From contig JAJDCB010000019.1 of NCBI GenBank assembly GCA_029261065.1, forward strand, positions 11,659 through 75,658: a DNA stretch of 64,000 nt, in the 5' to 3' direction. The position numbers and the translations under genes are program-made. The first letter of the stretch is position 1; each line of letters begins with the position of its first letter. The notes under the pieces are model-generated. The model was not told the origin of the DNA and ran no database searches. It saw nothing but the letters and a program-made list of their open reading frames with translations. This DNA is from Candidatus Omnitrophota bacterium. Its GTDB lineage: Bacteria; Omnitrophota; Gorgyraeia; Zapsychrales; Zapsychraceae. Below are positions 29,062 through 38,383 of this stretch, piece after piece.

Positions 29062-29101
29062 ATCATTCTCCGTGAGTTAGGATGATTAGTACTAACATTT
29101 C

Positions 29102-29257
29102 CTACTGTTGTGCTTCATCAACTAACATAATTGGCACACCGTCCCGAACGGGATATTTCCGTCCACACTGTTGGCACACAATTTTTTCATCGCTAAATTC
29201 AACGCTCCCCTGACAGGCAGGGCAAGCTAAAATCTTTAACAGATCGTCATCGATCAT
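29102..29257 (-). CDS. Trm112-family small protein (51 aa; absent from ORF track, below cutoff)
   Basis: Manual translation: MIDDDLLKILACPACQGSVEFSDEKIVCQQCGRKYPVRDGVPIMLVDEAQQ. Shows the CPxC...CxxCGxxYP(V)xDGIP(I)ML Trm112 signature. The start ATG overlaps the upstream stop (ATGA). Confidence 0.6.
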   Translation of the reverse strand: MIDDDLLKILACPACQGSVEFSDEKIVCQQCGRKYPVRDGVPIMLVDEAQQ

Positions 29258-29715
29258 GAGGGCGTTTCCTCTTGAGGTTCTGATACTTGGTTTTCTGTCT
29301 GTTCCACATACTTCACCTGAAGTTCATAGATCGTGCTATTTAGCATATCATCTTCTTTTTTGGATAAATTCCCTTTCGTTTTTTCACGAATGAGAACTAA
29401 TGTATCAACCAAAAATTTAGCTTGTTCCAAGTTTTTCTCAATCTGATTTGTCATGGGGTGGGCGACCTCACCTAAAAAAATCATAGATTGATATCCTAAG
29501 CTTGCCACATAATTAAGGAAATTCAATTCCATCTCTGACCCTTCTGAACCTTCAGAAGGCTCTGTTGAAGATGCCGCATCATCTGGTTTATCACTACTTT
29601 CGACATTATCTTTCGAATCCACCTTACCAGAATCCTCGTTTAACTTTGCCAAACGCTCTTTATCTTCCGCAGCTGATTCCTTCCAATCTTCATCTACATA
29701 TTTTTCTTTGTCCAT
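29254..29715 (-). CDS. DUF1844-family acidic protein
   Basis: LNFLNYVASLGYQSMIFLGE...NLEQAKFLVDTLVLIREKTKGNL. Family name is from memory. Confidence 0.5.
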   Translation of the reverse strand: MDKEKYVDEDWKESAAEDKERLAKLNEDSGKVDSKDNVESSDKPDDAASSTEPSEGSEGSEMELNFLNYVASLGYQSMIFLGEVAHPMTNQIEKNLEQAKFLVDTLVLIREKTKGNLSKKEDDMLNSTIYELQVKYVEQTENQVSEPQEETPS

Positions 29716-29899
29716 AATAAGTCCCTTTACAAATTAACCGTTAATAATGTTCTTTCCTGTAACACTGATCAAATACAATGCGGCTAGGAGAGTTCTTATT
29801 TTACAAATTCTTTTAAAGCCATTTCTCTCAAAAGAAGCCCCCTAGAATATCATCTAACAATTTTGTTGTCAATCACAGGCCACAAACATCTCAGCAGCT

Positions 29900-30589
29900 C
29901 TAATCCTTAAAAGATATCAACAAATTAAACGTAAATTCCGGATAATCAAAGCCCTTGGGAAACGGAGGAAATGGACTTGATTCTTTAACACTTCGAACAG
30001 CAACCTTTCTTAAATATTCATTAGAATGCGTCTTCTCCTCCAACACACGAACATCTTTAACACGACCATTTGAAGTTAACAAAAACGTCAGATAAACCTC
30101 TCCTATCTGGAAATCCGGATGATCAATATAATTATAGGCTCGCTGTCGAATTTTCTGCCGCATACTTTGATTGTAACTAAGATATTGAGGGTTTGTAATC
30201 TTCTCAGATTTAACCATGGTCATCGAAATCTTGCGATTTAAGTCCAAGGTCTTTATTTTGGGAGGAATTTTCCGACCCAATTTTATGGGTTGAGGCTTTT
30301 TAGATATGCTTTTTAAAGCCCCACCTGCAATGGGCAAAGAATCCGTCTTTTTTGTTAACACTTTGACATTTTTAGGTAATTCGGGTTCTTTAATAAACTT
30401 TAAGTTTTTAGCCGGAAGATCTTGTCTTTTTGCCTTCACTGTTTGTATTTTCTGATAAGTAACCTCAAGGCGTTTGGCTTGCTTAGGAGGTGGCTTTGAT
30501 TTTCTAGCATTTAAAGAAAACACAACGCCCGCGTGAATTAAAGCTGATAGCAAAAGAGAGAAATAAAACAGTTTATTATTCATAAACAA
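29900..30589 (-). CDS. TonB-family energy transducer (Pro/Lys-rich linker plus TonB C-terminal domain)
   Basis: N-terminal TM helix, PK-rich spacer, and a C-terminal GEVYLTFLLTSNGRVKDVRVLE...FPPFP-type domain. Confidence 0.65.
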   Translation of the reverse strand: MFMNNKLFYFSLLLSALIHAGVVFSLNARKSKPPPKQAKRLEVTYQKIQTVKAKRQDLPAKNLKFIKEPELPKNVKVLTKKTDSLPIAGGALKSISKKPQPIKLGRKIPPKIKTLDLNRKISMTMVKSEKITNPQYLSYNQSMRQKIRQRAYNYIDHPDFQIGEVYLTFLLTSNGRVKDVRVLEEKTHSNEYLRKVAVRSVKESSPFPPFPKGFDYPEFTFNLLISFKD

Positions 30590-30616
30590 ATCTTATTAGC
30601 AGGAAGGGTCTGTAAA

Positions 30617-31285
30617 TTATTTTTTTGTAAATAACTCTTTAAAAAAATAAGAAAAAAACCGAATGGTATCTCCCATTGGATTAATCTTACTTTCTTCATC
30701 TTCATAAATTGTTTGAATAGGCACAGAAAAAATATTATGTTTTCTCTTCGCGGCCTTCATTAAAATTTCTGTTTCAATCTCAAAGCCTGTACACGAAGGA
30801 TTAATATCCTTTAAAACCTTCATACCGATGTATCTAAATCCACATTGAGAATCAGGAATACTTTGTCCCGTCGCTAAAGATATAATAAAAGACATAAATT
30901 TATTCGTCAAATACCTAACAAGGGGCATCCCCTTAGAGCTTGTCATTCTATTTCCGTTAATAACCGAATGAGGATATTTTTGAGATTTTTCTATAAACGC
31001 CTTTAGATCAGTTGCCGCATGCTGGCCATCTCCATCCATCGTTATAACCGCATCATACCCTTTATTTTGAATATAATTAAATCCATATTGTAGAGAGAAA
31101 CCTTTACCATTTTTTTGTCCATGTCTAAGAACTGTGGCCCCTTCTTTTTTTGCAATACTCTCTGAATCATCGTCAGATCCGTCATCAACAACAACGACAT
31201 CAAGCCCTAACGATGTAATAGACTTAACCACACGACCAATGGCTTTTGCCTCATTATATACTGGAATAAGCACACAAATATTCAT
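30617..31285 (-). CDS. family 2 glycosyltransferase (polyprenyl-phosphate sugar transferase-like)
   Basis: VLIPVYNE...VVVDDGSDD is a GT-A DxD-type motif. Confidence 0.8.
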   Translation of the reverse strand: MNICVLIPVYNEAKAIGRVVKSITSLGLDVVVVDDGSDDDSESIAKKEGATVLRHGQKNGKGFSLQYGFNYIQNKGYDAVITMDGDGQHAATDLKAFIEKSQKYPHSVINGNRMTSSKGMPLVRYLTNKFMSFIISLATGQSIPDSQCGFRYIGMKVLKDINPSCTGFEIETEILMKAAKRKHNIFSVPIQTIYEDEESKINPMGDTIRFFSYFFKELFTKK

Positions 31286-32145
31286 TAGACTCCAAACTCC
31301 CTAAACATGAGCCATTGAGATGGATATTGACGAATGATATTTTCAATAATCTCGGTATGTTTTTTCATGATTTTAAGTATAGCATGCCTTTCATCCATTT
31401 TGTCATCAATAATAGGAGGATAAATGGGTTCTTGTATCTTTAATACAAATTTATTAAAACCGTTTCGAATCAAAAATGTTGGAATAATAGCAGCACCTGT
31501 TTTGAGTGAGAACATCGCCGTGCCTTTAGGGATAAGGGTTTTTTGACCAAAAAAATCTAACTCTTCTCCATTTTCAGTAAAATCTCGATCGGCAACAAGT
31601 GCAACAAGTTTATTATCTCTTAAACGCTTTACACACCGTTTAACAGCAACATTACTTTGAACAACAATATTACCTTGAGATTCACGCTGACGATTAAAAA
31701 AATCATTAACGTCTCTTTGCTGATGAGGTAGAGCAACCGCCATAACAGGAAACCCAAGATGACTTAATACTGAGGCTCCAAGCTCCCAATTGCCAATATG
31801 CGCGGTCATAATAATTCCCCCACGACCTTTGTCTAATACCGACTGAATGATATCCACATTCTCTAAATCAATATTCTCGCGAATATAGTCCTGATCAAGA
31901 TGACGTTCCATACGAAAAAATTCAATGAGATATTTTCCAAAGTTTCGAAGCACTTCTCGACTTTGCTGAAGCGAAGGTTCACCCGAAGCTACTATTTTTT
32001 GAAGATTGTTATGAATGGATTGTTTATCAATACGAGAGAAAGCAAATTGAATATCTGAAATTGTTTGAGCTATAGCATACGATACTTTTAAGGGTAAGAA
32101 ATTGACAAGACTATATGTCAATCTAAATAGAAAATACTTAAACAT
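31285..32145 (-). CDS. LpxL/LpxM(HtrB/MsbB)-family lipid A late acyltransferase
   Basis: LPLAT fold with the HIGNWE catalytic motif (TAHIGNWELG). Confidence 0.75.
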   Translation of the reverse strand: MFKYFLFRLTYSLVNFLPLKVSYAIAQTISDIQFAFSRIDKQSIHNNLQKIVASGEPSLQQSREVLRNFGKYLIEFFRMERHLDQDYIRENIDLENVDIIQSVLDKGRGGIIMTAHIGNWELGASVLSHLGFPVMAVALPHQQRDVNDFFNRQRESQGNIVVQSNVAVKRCVKRLRDNKLVALVADRDFTENGEELDFFGQKTLIPKGTAMFSLKTGAAIIPTFLIRNGFNKFVLKIQEPIYPPIIDDKMDERHAILKIMKKHTEIIENIIRQYPSQWLMFREFGV

Positions 32146-33313
32146 AAGACTCTAGGTGTTTATCATATTCTTGTACCATATCATCCGTTTCATCATCAGA
32201 ACCAATAATCAATTTTGCAATGTTTAATGCGGCGTATGGTTTAGCATTTTCATAAGCCGCTTTACTCATAGCGGCCAACCGTTCAGGAGATTTAAGTAAT
32301 ATCTCAACCTCCTCTCCTATGTCGCTTGTATCATCAATACGAATACTAATACCTTTCTTGATCAAGAAATCTGTATTACGCATCTCTTGACCAGGAATAG
32401 GATTGATAATGACCATCGGCAACCCTTTTGCAATCGATTCACTCGTTGTCATACCACCTGGCTTACTAATAATGAGCGTGGCTAATTCCATTAATTCATC
32501 AACGTTATTAGCAAATTCAAAAATACATATATTTTTATCAGATTTTTTAGCTCTTCTTTTTAAACTATTAACAAGCTTCTTATTCGTCCCCACAAGCGCA
32601 ATAATCTGAAAATCCATCTTTACTTTAATAAGAGATTCCATAATTTTTTTAATAGGACCCAAACCTTGTCCCCCTCCCATAATGAGGATTGTTGGGACAT
32701 CTGCTTTAAACCCTAATTTCTCAGCAATAGGTTTTTTGTCTAATTGCGTTGCAAACTTCGATCGCATCGGTATTCCATAAACTTTAATTTTATCAGCCCC
32801 AATTCCTTTTTTGATAAAACGCTCTTTCGCCTCGATGGATGGTACGACATAATAGTCAATTCCCTCATTGATCCAAAACGAATGTGGGGCAAAATCTGTT
32901 AATACGCCAACAAGCTTCGTATCAAGTTTATTTTCGATCTTATAATCAGCAACCATGCCACAAGGAAAGGCTTGGGTACACACGACGGTATCAGGACGAT
33001 ATCGCTTAAAAAGCTTATCTAACTTTTTATGACTTGTTTTGTGAAGAAATTTTTTAATGGATTGTGATCTTTTGACAATTTTAGGATTATCATACATATA
33101 ATCCCACACCTTAGGCGTTGTGTGAATAACACTCATGTAGGCTTGATTAACAACCTTCTCTAACAAAGGATAGGTGTACCCAAAACCATTGACCGTAGGG
33201 GCCTCAACTTGAGGGTCAAGTTGACGAAGGGATTTCTGAATAGCCACTGTTGCTTGCCTGTGCCCAGAGACCTTAGTGATATACATTAACAATATACGAC
33301 GTTTATCATCCAC
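32138..33313 (-). CDS. GT28 / MGDG-synthase(UgtP)-like glycosyltransferase
   Basis: N-terminal ILLMYITKVSGHRQA (the GxGH-type motif of the MGDG synthase N-domain) and a C-terminal GT-B domain. Confidence 0.6.
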   Translation of the reverse strand: MDDKRRILLMYITKVSGHRQATVAIQKSLRQLDPQVEAPTVNGFGYTYPLLEKVVNQAYMSVIHTTPKVWDYMYDNPKIVKRSQSIKKFLHKTSHKKLDKLFKRYRPDTVVCTQAFPCGMVADYKIENKLDTKLVGVLTDFAPHSFWINEGIDYYVVPSIEAKERFIKKGIGADKIKVYGIPMRSKFATQLDKKPIAEKLGFKADVPTILIMGGGQGLGPIKKIMESLIKVKMDFQIIALVGTNKKLVNSLKRRAKKSDKNICIFEFANNVDELMELATLIISKPGGMTTSESIAKGLPMVIINPIPGQEMRNTDFLIKKGISIRIDDTSDIGEEVEILLKSPERLAAMSKAAYENAKPYAALNIAKLIIGSDDETDDMVQEYDKHLESYV

Positions 33314-33347
33314 ACTTAAATCCTTATCATTTCTTCAAAAAACTAAT

Positions 33348-33593
33348 TTAAGAAGCAGCGCTATCAATCAATCCAATAGCATCCCCTATAGCTGCCTCTC
33401 CACCATCTTTAATCAAAATATTTTTTATGATACCATCTGCGGGCGCGGAAACATTGAATGTGGCTTTGTCCGTTACAATCTCAGCGACATCATCTTCTTT
33501 TTTGACGGTATCTCCTTCTTTAACGTGCCAACAAGCAATCGTAACTTTATCAATACCCTCACCTAATTCTGGAACCAATACTTTTTGTGTCAT
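33348..33593 (-). CDS. stand-alone lipoyl/biotinyl-attachment domain protein (81 aa)
   Basis: VAEIVTDKATFNVSAPADGII: the lipoyl-lysine sits in a TDKA context. There is no attached E2 catalytic domain. Confidence 0.6.
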   Translation of the reverse strand: MTQKVLVPELGEGIDKVTIACWHVKEGDTVKKEDDVAEIVTDKATFNVSAPADGIIKNILIKDGGEAAIGDAIGLIDSAAS

Positions 33594-33595
33594 AA

Positions 33596-34261
33596 TTAAT
33601 CCTTATAATCTAATTGAAAATGGCGCTTAAAGATAGCTTTAACTTGGCTTTTGACCTTATCCATCTCCTGCTCCACACCTTTAATCCGTGCTATTGAACT
33701 CATAGCAACATTTAATCCACAAGGTTTTATCAATTTAAAATGATTTAGATCCGTGTTTACATTAATGCCAATGCCATGAAAAGAAATCCACTTCTTAACA
33801 CCAATACCTACCGAGACAATCTTATCCTTTTTAACCCAGACTCCTGTCTGAGAAGAAATTCTATTAGCCAATATACCAAACTCACTTAATAAATCAATGG
33901 CAACTTGCTCTAATTGATGCAAATAAGCCCTTAAATCTTTTCCATAATGATTTAAATTGAAAATAGGATAAACAACCAATTGTCCAGGACAATGCAATGT
34001 AATATCTCCGCCTCGATCAATAGAAAGGACGTCTACCCCCTGCTCATCTAACTGATCTTGGCTAACTAAGAGATGCTCCCTCTTTGACATACGCCCCAAC
34101 GTAATAACAAGAGGATGTTCACACAGCAGTAACGTTTGAGGTTCACCTTTAAGAAGGCCACTCACACAACGCATCTGTACATCATAAGCCGATTGATAGG
34201 AGATAACGCCTAAATCGTTGATAACGCAACTATGATTCTGAGTTTGAACATCCAACGCCAT
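33596..34261 (-). CDS. lipB: octanoyltransferase (lipoate-protein ligase B)
   Basis: EHPLVITLGR...IDRGGDITLHCPGQLVVYP are LipB motifs. Confidence 0.85.
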   Translation of the reverse strand: MALDVQTQNHSCVINDLGVISYQSAYDVQMRCVSGLLKGEPQTLLLCEHPLVITLGRMSKREHLLVSQDQLDEQGVDVLSIDRGGDITLHCPGQLVVYPIFNLNHYGKDLRAYLHQLEQVAIDLLSEFGILANRISSQTGVWVKKDKIVSVGIGVKKWISFHGIGINVNTDLNHFKLIKPCGLNVAMSSIARIKGVEQEMDKVKSQVKAIFKRHFQLDYKD

Positions 34262-34354
34262 AATTCCTCACAAATGTTAATACCATAAACTGGAAACCCC
34301 GCGCCAAAACGAATGATTGGAACGGGGTGACCTTTGACAACTTATAAACTTTAA

Positions 34355-35437
34355 TTATTTTAATTTCTCACAAATCGCATCACCCATCTGTGTTGTTGTT
34401 GCTGCAGATGAATCTTCACGATCTTCTTTTAAATCATAAGTAACGTGCTTACCTTCTTTTAATACCGCTTGGACGGCTGCTTCCAAACGATCAGCAGCAT
34501 CTGTTTCTCTTAAATGTCTTAACATAAGAACAGCTGACAAAAGGGTAGCTGTTGGATTACATTTATCTTGTCCGGCATATTTAGGAGCTGAACCATGTAC
34601 AGGTTCAAACAGCGCAACTTCATCTCCAATATTTGCCCCAGGAGCAATCCCTAATCCTCCGACGAGACCAGCACACAAATCAGAAACAAGATCGCCATAA
34701 AGATTCGGCATAACCAAAACATCAAAATGATCTGGCCGCTGAACAAGTTGCATACATAAGTTATCGACAATACATTCTCTGATAATAAGCTTATCTTCAT
34801 AAGCTTTCATAATTTCCATTCCCTCTTTTAGAAACAAACCATCTGTATACTTCATGATATTGGCTTTATGAACAATCGTCACTTTTTTACGATTATTCTT
34901 AATGGCATATTCACATGCCGCTTTAACAATTCGTTTTGTTGCTGAAATAGAAATCGGTTTAATCGAAATTCCAGCATCATCTTTGATTTGTCTTTTTTGA
35001 ATACCATTAATTTCTTTTATAATTTTTAAACACTCATCACTACCTTGTTCAAACTCAATACCAGCATACAAATCTTCCGTATTCTCACGAAATAACACAA
35101 TATCGACTTTATCCGCTTTTGTTTTTGTTCCTTCATAACATTTCGAAGGTCGGACACAAGCAAATAAATCTAACTCTTGACGAAGAAGAACATTAACAGA
35201 TCTAAAACCTGTTCCAACTGGAGTTACAATTGGACCTTTGATAGCGACTTTATTTTTTCGAATAGAATCCAAAACATGATCCGGCATAGGCGTTCCATGT
35301 TCTTTCATCGAATGCTCACCAACCTCAAGCACTTCCCAATTGATATCGACACCTGTAGCATCCACACATTTTCTCATCGCACTAGTTACCTCAGGGCCTA
35401 TACCATCCCCTGGGAGTAGAGTCACATTATGAGCCAT
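34355..35437 (-). CDS. icd: NAD-dependent isocitrate dehydrogenase (isocitrate/isopropylmalate dehydrogenase family)
   Basis: LLPGDGIGPEV...FRSVNVLLRQELDLFACVRP...NLYGDLVSD are beta-decarboxylating dehydrogenase motifs closest to the IDH3-type. Confidence 0.75.
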   Translation of the reverse strand: MAHNVTLLPGDGIGPEVTSAMRKCVDATGVDINWEVLEVGEHSMKEHGTPMPDHVLDSIRKNKVAIKGPIVTPVGTGFRSVNVLLRQELDLFACVRPSKCYEGTKTKADKVDIVLFRENTEDLYAGIEFEQGSDECLKIIKEINGIQKRQIKDDAGISIKPISISATKRIVKAACEYAIKNNRKKVTIVHKANIMKYTDGLFLKEGMEIMKAYEDKLIIRECIVDNLCMQLVQRPDHFDVLVMPNLYGDLVSDLCAGLVGGLGIAPGANIGDEVALFEPVHGSAPKYAGQDKCNPTATLLSAVLMLRHLRETDAADRLEAAVQAVLKEGKHVTYDLKEDREDSSAATTTQMGDAICEKLK

Positions 35438-35458
35438 TACTATCTCCTTACTTTAAAA

Positions 35459-36523
35459 TTAATAATCTTTATCATTTAAGAGTTGCTGAAATTCTTCGTG
35501 GTTTTTCACCTGAGCATACGCATCCTCATACGTGATAAGGCCTTCTTCATATAAAATCTTAAGAGACATATCCATCGTATGCATACCGTATTGAATTCCC
35601 GTTTGAATTGAGGTGGGCATTTGTTCAATAGCTTGTTCGCGGATAAGGTTACGAACCGCTGGTGTCGCAACTAATACCTCAGATGCCATGACACGACCTT
35701 CGCCACTCGCTCGAGGAAGAAGCGTTTGTGAAACAACCCCTTGTAAAGATGCGGATAACTGTAAACGCACCTGTTGTTGCTGATGGGAAGGAAAAACATC
35801 AATAATTCTTTCAATAGTTTGAGCAGCATCTGGTGTATGCAGTGTTGCTAAAACCAAATGGCCTGTTTCTGCAGCCGTTAAAGCGGTTGCAATCGTCTCT
35901 AAATCTCTCATCTCACCAACAACGATAACATCTGGATCTTGACGAAGACATCGTTTCAGAGCTTCTGAAAATCCATGAGTGTCACTAAAAACTTCTCGCT
36001 GTTTAATAACTGATTTTTTATTAACATGAACATACTCAATCGGGTCTTCAATTAACATAATCATACAGGCACGCTCTTCATTGATTAAATTAATCATAGA
36101 AGCTAACGTCGTTGTTTTACCAGACCCGGTAGGACCCGTAATTAAAACGAGGCCACTAGGTTTTCTAGCAAACTCTGTAATGATAGGCGGAAGACCAAGT
36201 TCATCCATGTTTGGGATGTATATAGGAATACGTCGAAAGGCAGCCTCAACAGATCCACGCTGCATGTGAACATTAACGCGGAAACGTTCCATATCTTCTA
36301 AGGCCAATGAAAAATCTAATTCAAGGTCCGATTCAAACTTTTCTTTCTGCGCATCTGATAGAAGGCCATAAATAGATTTTTTTAATTCTTCTTTAGTGAG
36401 AGGTTTGTGATCTGTAAATACTAAACGACCATCAATCCTTAATACGGGAGGGCTATCTTCCGTGAGGTGTAAATCTGATGCCTTGCTTTGAATAGCAAGT
36501 TTGAGTAATTCCTGTAATTCCAA
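35459..36523 (-). CDS. pilT: type IV pilus retraction ATPase PilT
   Basis: GLVLITGPTGSGKTTTLASMIN Walker A; Asp box; His box; 354 aa. Confidence 0.9.
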   Translation of the reverse strand: MELQELLKLAIQSKASDLHLTEDSPPVLRIDGRLVFTDHKPLTKEELKKSIYGLLSDAQKEKFESDLELDFSLALEDMERFRVNVHMQRGSVEAAFRRIPIYIPNMDELGLPPIITEFARKPSGLVLITGPTGSGKTTTLASMINLINEERACMIMLIEDPIEYVHVNKKSVIKQREVFSDTHGFSEALKRCLRQDPDVIVVGEMRDLETIATALTAAETGHLVLATLHTPDAAQTIERIIDVFPSHQQQQVRLQLSASLQGVVSQTLLPRASGEGRVMASEVLVATPAVRNLIREQAIEQMPTSIQTGIQYGMHTMDMSLKILYEEGLITYEDAYAQVKNHEEFQQLLNDKDY

Positions 36524-36604
36524 CCTCGATCTCCTTCAACCAAGATAAAGTCTGAGGTTTTTTTGAAGTTCTTAATCCAATGATATGACGAAAAAGATCA
36601 ATGG

Positions 36605-37789
36605 TTATTTATTTCGATTTTTTATCCACTGGGTGATACGATCCGTTCCTTCTTTTATGCGTTCGTTGCTTGTAGCAAAGCTTAACCGCATAAAACCAGG
36701 GGCGCCAAATCCTTCTCCAGGAATCATAGCGACATTCACATCATTGAGTATTTCTTTGGCCACTTCCAGTGATTGACCTAATTTAGAAAAATCGACAAAC
36801 ATATAAAAAGCGCCTTGAGGTTTAATATAACTAACTTCCCCCACACTGTCAAATGCAGACATCATTAAATCGCGACGTACTTTAAACTTATCTCTCATAG
36901 CCAAAACCGTTTCGTTTGGCTCATTTAGCGCAGCTAAGGCAGCCGCTTGAGAAACGGAAGCAGGGTTTGAAGTAGAGTGATCTTGCAATTTTTTAACATA
37001 TCCAATAATCTCTTCATTTCCAGCACAATACCCAATTCTCCAGCCTGTCATTGAATAAGCTTTAGAAACACCATTAACCGTAATCGTTAGATCAAATATA
37101 TCTTTACCTAATGACGCTAATGACGTGTAAGTATCAGTATCATAAATCAATTTTTCATAAATTTCATCACTAATAACAAAAATATTATTCTTAACACAAA
37201 TCTCCGCAATAGGTTCAAGTTCTTCTTTAGAATATAACATCCCCGTAGGATTCGATGGAGAGTTAAGAATTAATACTTTCGTATTTTTTGTAATAGATTT
37301 GGAAAGACTATCCGCTGTAATTTTAAAACCAGTCTCAACTGTTGTTGGAATAATAGTAGATGTTCCACCAGCGATTTTAACCATTTCAGGATAGCTTACC
37401 CAATAAGGAGCTGGAATAAGAACTTCGTCGCCTTGATCAACTAGCACTTGAATCAAATTAAAAATGGTATGTTTTGCTCCACAAGAAACCGCAATCTGTG
37501 ATTGGGTATATTCCAGACCATTATCTTTTTTAAACTTCTCAACAATAGCATCTCTTAATTGAACTGTTCCGATACTAGGAGTATATTTTGTTAAACCATC
37601 TTCTAGAGATTGAATAGCCGCTTTTTTGATGGAGTCTGGTGTATCAAAATCAGGTTCACCGGCTGCAAAATTAACCACATCACAGCCCTCTGCTTTTAGT
37701 TGCTTTGCCCTTGCTGTAATTGCAAGAGTTGATGATGCTTCAATTGTCTTTATACGACTATTAATTTTTAAGTCCAAAACGTCTGCCAT
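36605..37789 (-). CDS. class I PLP-dependent (aspartate) aminotransferase
   Basis: NFAAGEPDFDTP...SKAYSMTGWRIGY carries the PLP lysine motif. The ORF-track N-terminal extension overlaps rplQ; the real start is the ATG at 37789 (MADVLDL). Confidence 0.85.
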   Translation of the reverse strand: MADVLDLKINSRIKTIEASSTLAITARAKQLKAEGCDVVNFAAGEPDFDTPDSIKKAAIQSLEDGLTKYTPSIGTVQLRDAIVEKFKKDNGLEYTQSQIAVSCGAKHTIFNLIQVLVDQGDEVLIPAPYWVSYPEMVKIAGGTSTIIPTTVETGFKITADSLSKSITKNTKVLILNSPSNPTGMLYSKEELEPIAEICVKNNIFVISDEIYEKLIYDTDTYTSLASLGKDIFDLTITVNGVSKAYSMTGWRIGYCAGNEEIIGYVKKLQDHSTSNPASVSQAAALAALNEPNETVLAMRDKFKVRRDLMMSAFDSVGEVSYIKPQGAFYMFVDFSKLGQSLEVAKEILNDVNVAMIPGEGFGAPGFMRLSFATSNERIKEGTDRITQWIKNRNK

Positions 37790-37790
37790 A

Positions 37791-38381
37791 TTATTGCTCC
37801 GGTGATTTTCGGTTAAACATTTTTCGTATACCACTAACGATTTTCTTACCAGATTTCCCCTTATCTTTCTGTGCGGCCTTCTCATCATAAGTCTTAACGT
37901 TTGATTTTTTCTCTTTCTTAGGAGTGGCTGGTGTTTGATCAGTTTCATCACTAGGAGCTGTTTCTGGTTTTAGATCCTCTTTTTTTGAAGAAGCAGCAGA
38001 CTTAGGTTTACTGATTATAATTTCTGTTTTTTCTGTTAGTTCAAGATACGCTAACTGGGCATTATCTCCTCTTCTTAGTCCAATAGGAATGATACGCGTA
38101 TAACCGCCTACTCTATTCGTAAAACGTGGGGCTGTATTCTTAAAAAGGTTACTGACAATTTTGTGATCACATAGAATTGCAAATGCGCGCCTTTTATCAG
38201 CCAACGTTCCCTTCTTACCCATCGTAATTAGCTTATCAACCAATTTTCGAGCTTCACGAGCCTTTGCCTTAGTTGTACATATTCTTTGGGCAATAAGAGT
38301 TGCTTTGGCAATATCTCTTACCGTGGCTTTTCGAAGAGAAGAATTTCTTCCTAATTTATTTCCAGCTATTTTATGTCGCAT
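37791..38381 (-). CDS. rplQ: 50S ribosomal protein L17 with an ~80-aa Lys/Glu/Pro/Thr-rich C-terminal extension
   Basis: MRHKIAGNKLGRNSSLRKA is the L17 N-terminus. The tail SKPKSAASSKKEDLKPETAPSDETDQTPATPKKEKK... is not present in model L17 proteins. Confidence 0.9.
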   Translation of the reverse strand: MRHKIAGNKLGRNSSLRKATVRDIAKATLIAQRICTTKAKAREARKLVDKLITMGKKGTLADKRRAFAILCDHKIVSNLFKNTAPRFTNRVGGYTRIIPIGLRRGDNAQLAYLELTEKTEIIISKPKSAASSKKEDLKPETAPSDETDQTPATPKKEKKSNVKTYDEKAAQKDKGKSGKKIVSGIRKMFNRKSPEQ

Positions 38382-38383
38382 TA

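Noticed and set aside
34262-34354. Stem accccg/cggggt after the icd stop as a terminator
   Set aside because: 6-bp stem with a 21-nt loop and a poor U-tract. Low confidence, so not listed as a feature.
36605-37951. Long N-terminal extensions in the six-frame ORFs for the aminotransferase, S4, S5, L5, S19 and EF-P
   Set aside because: They overlap the preceding ribosomal or other genes. Internal ATG starts aligned with canonical N-termini and RBSs explain them, so they are not fusions.
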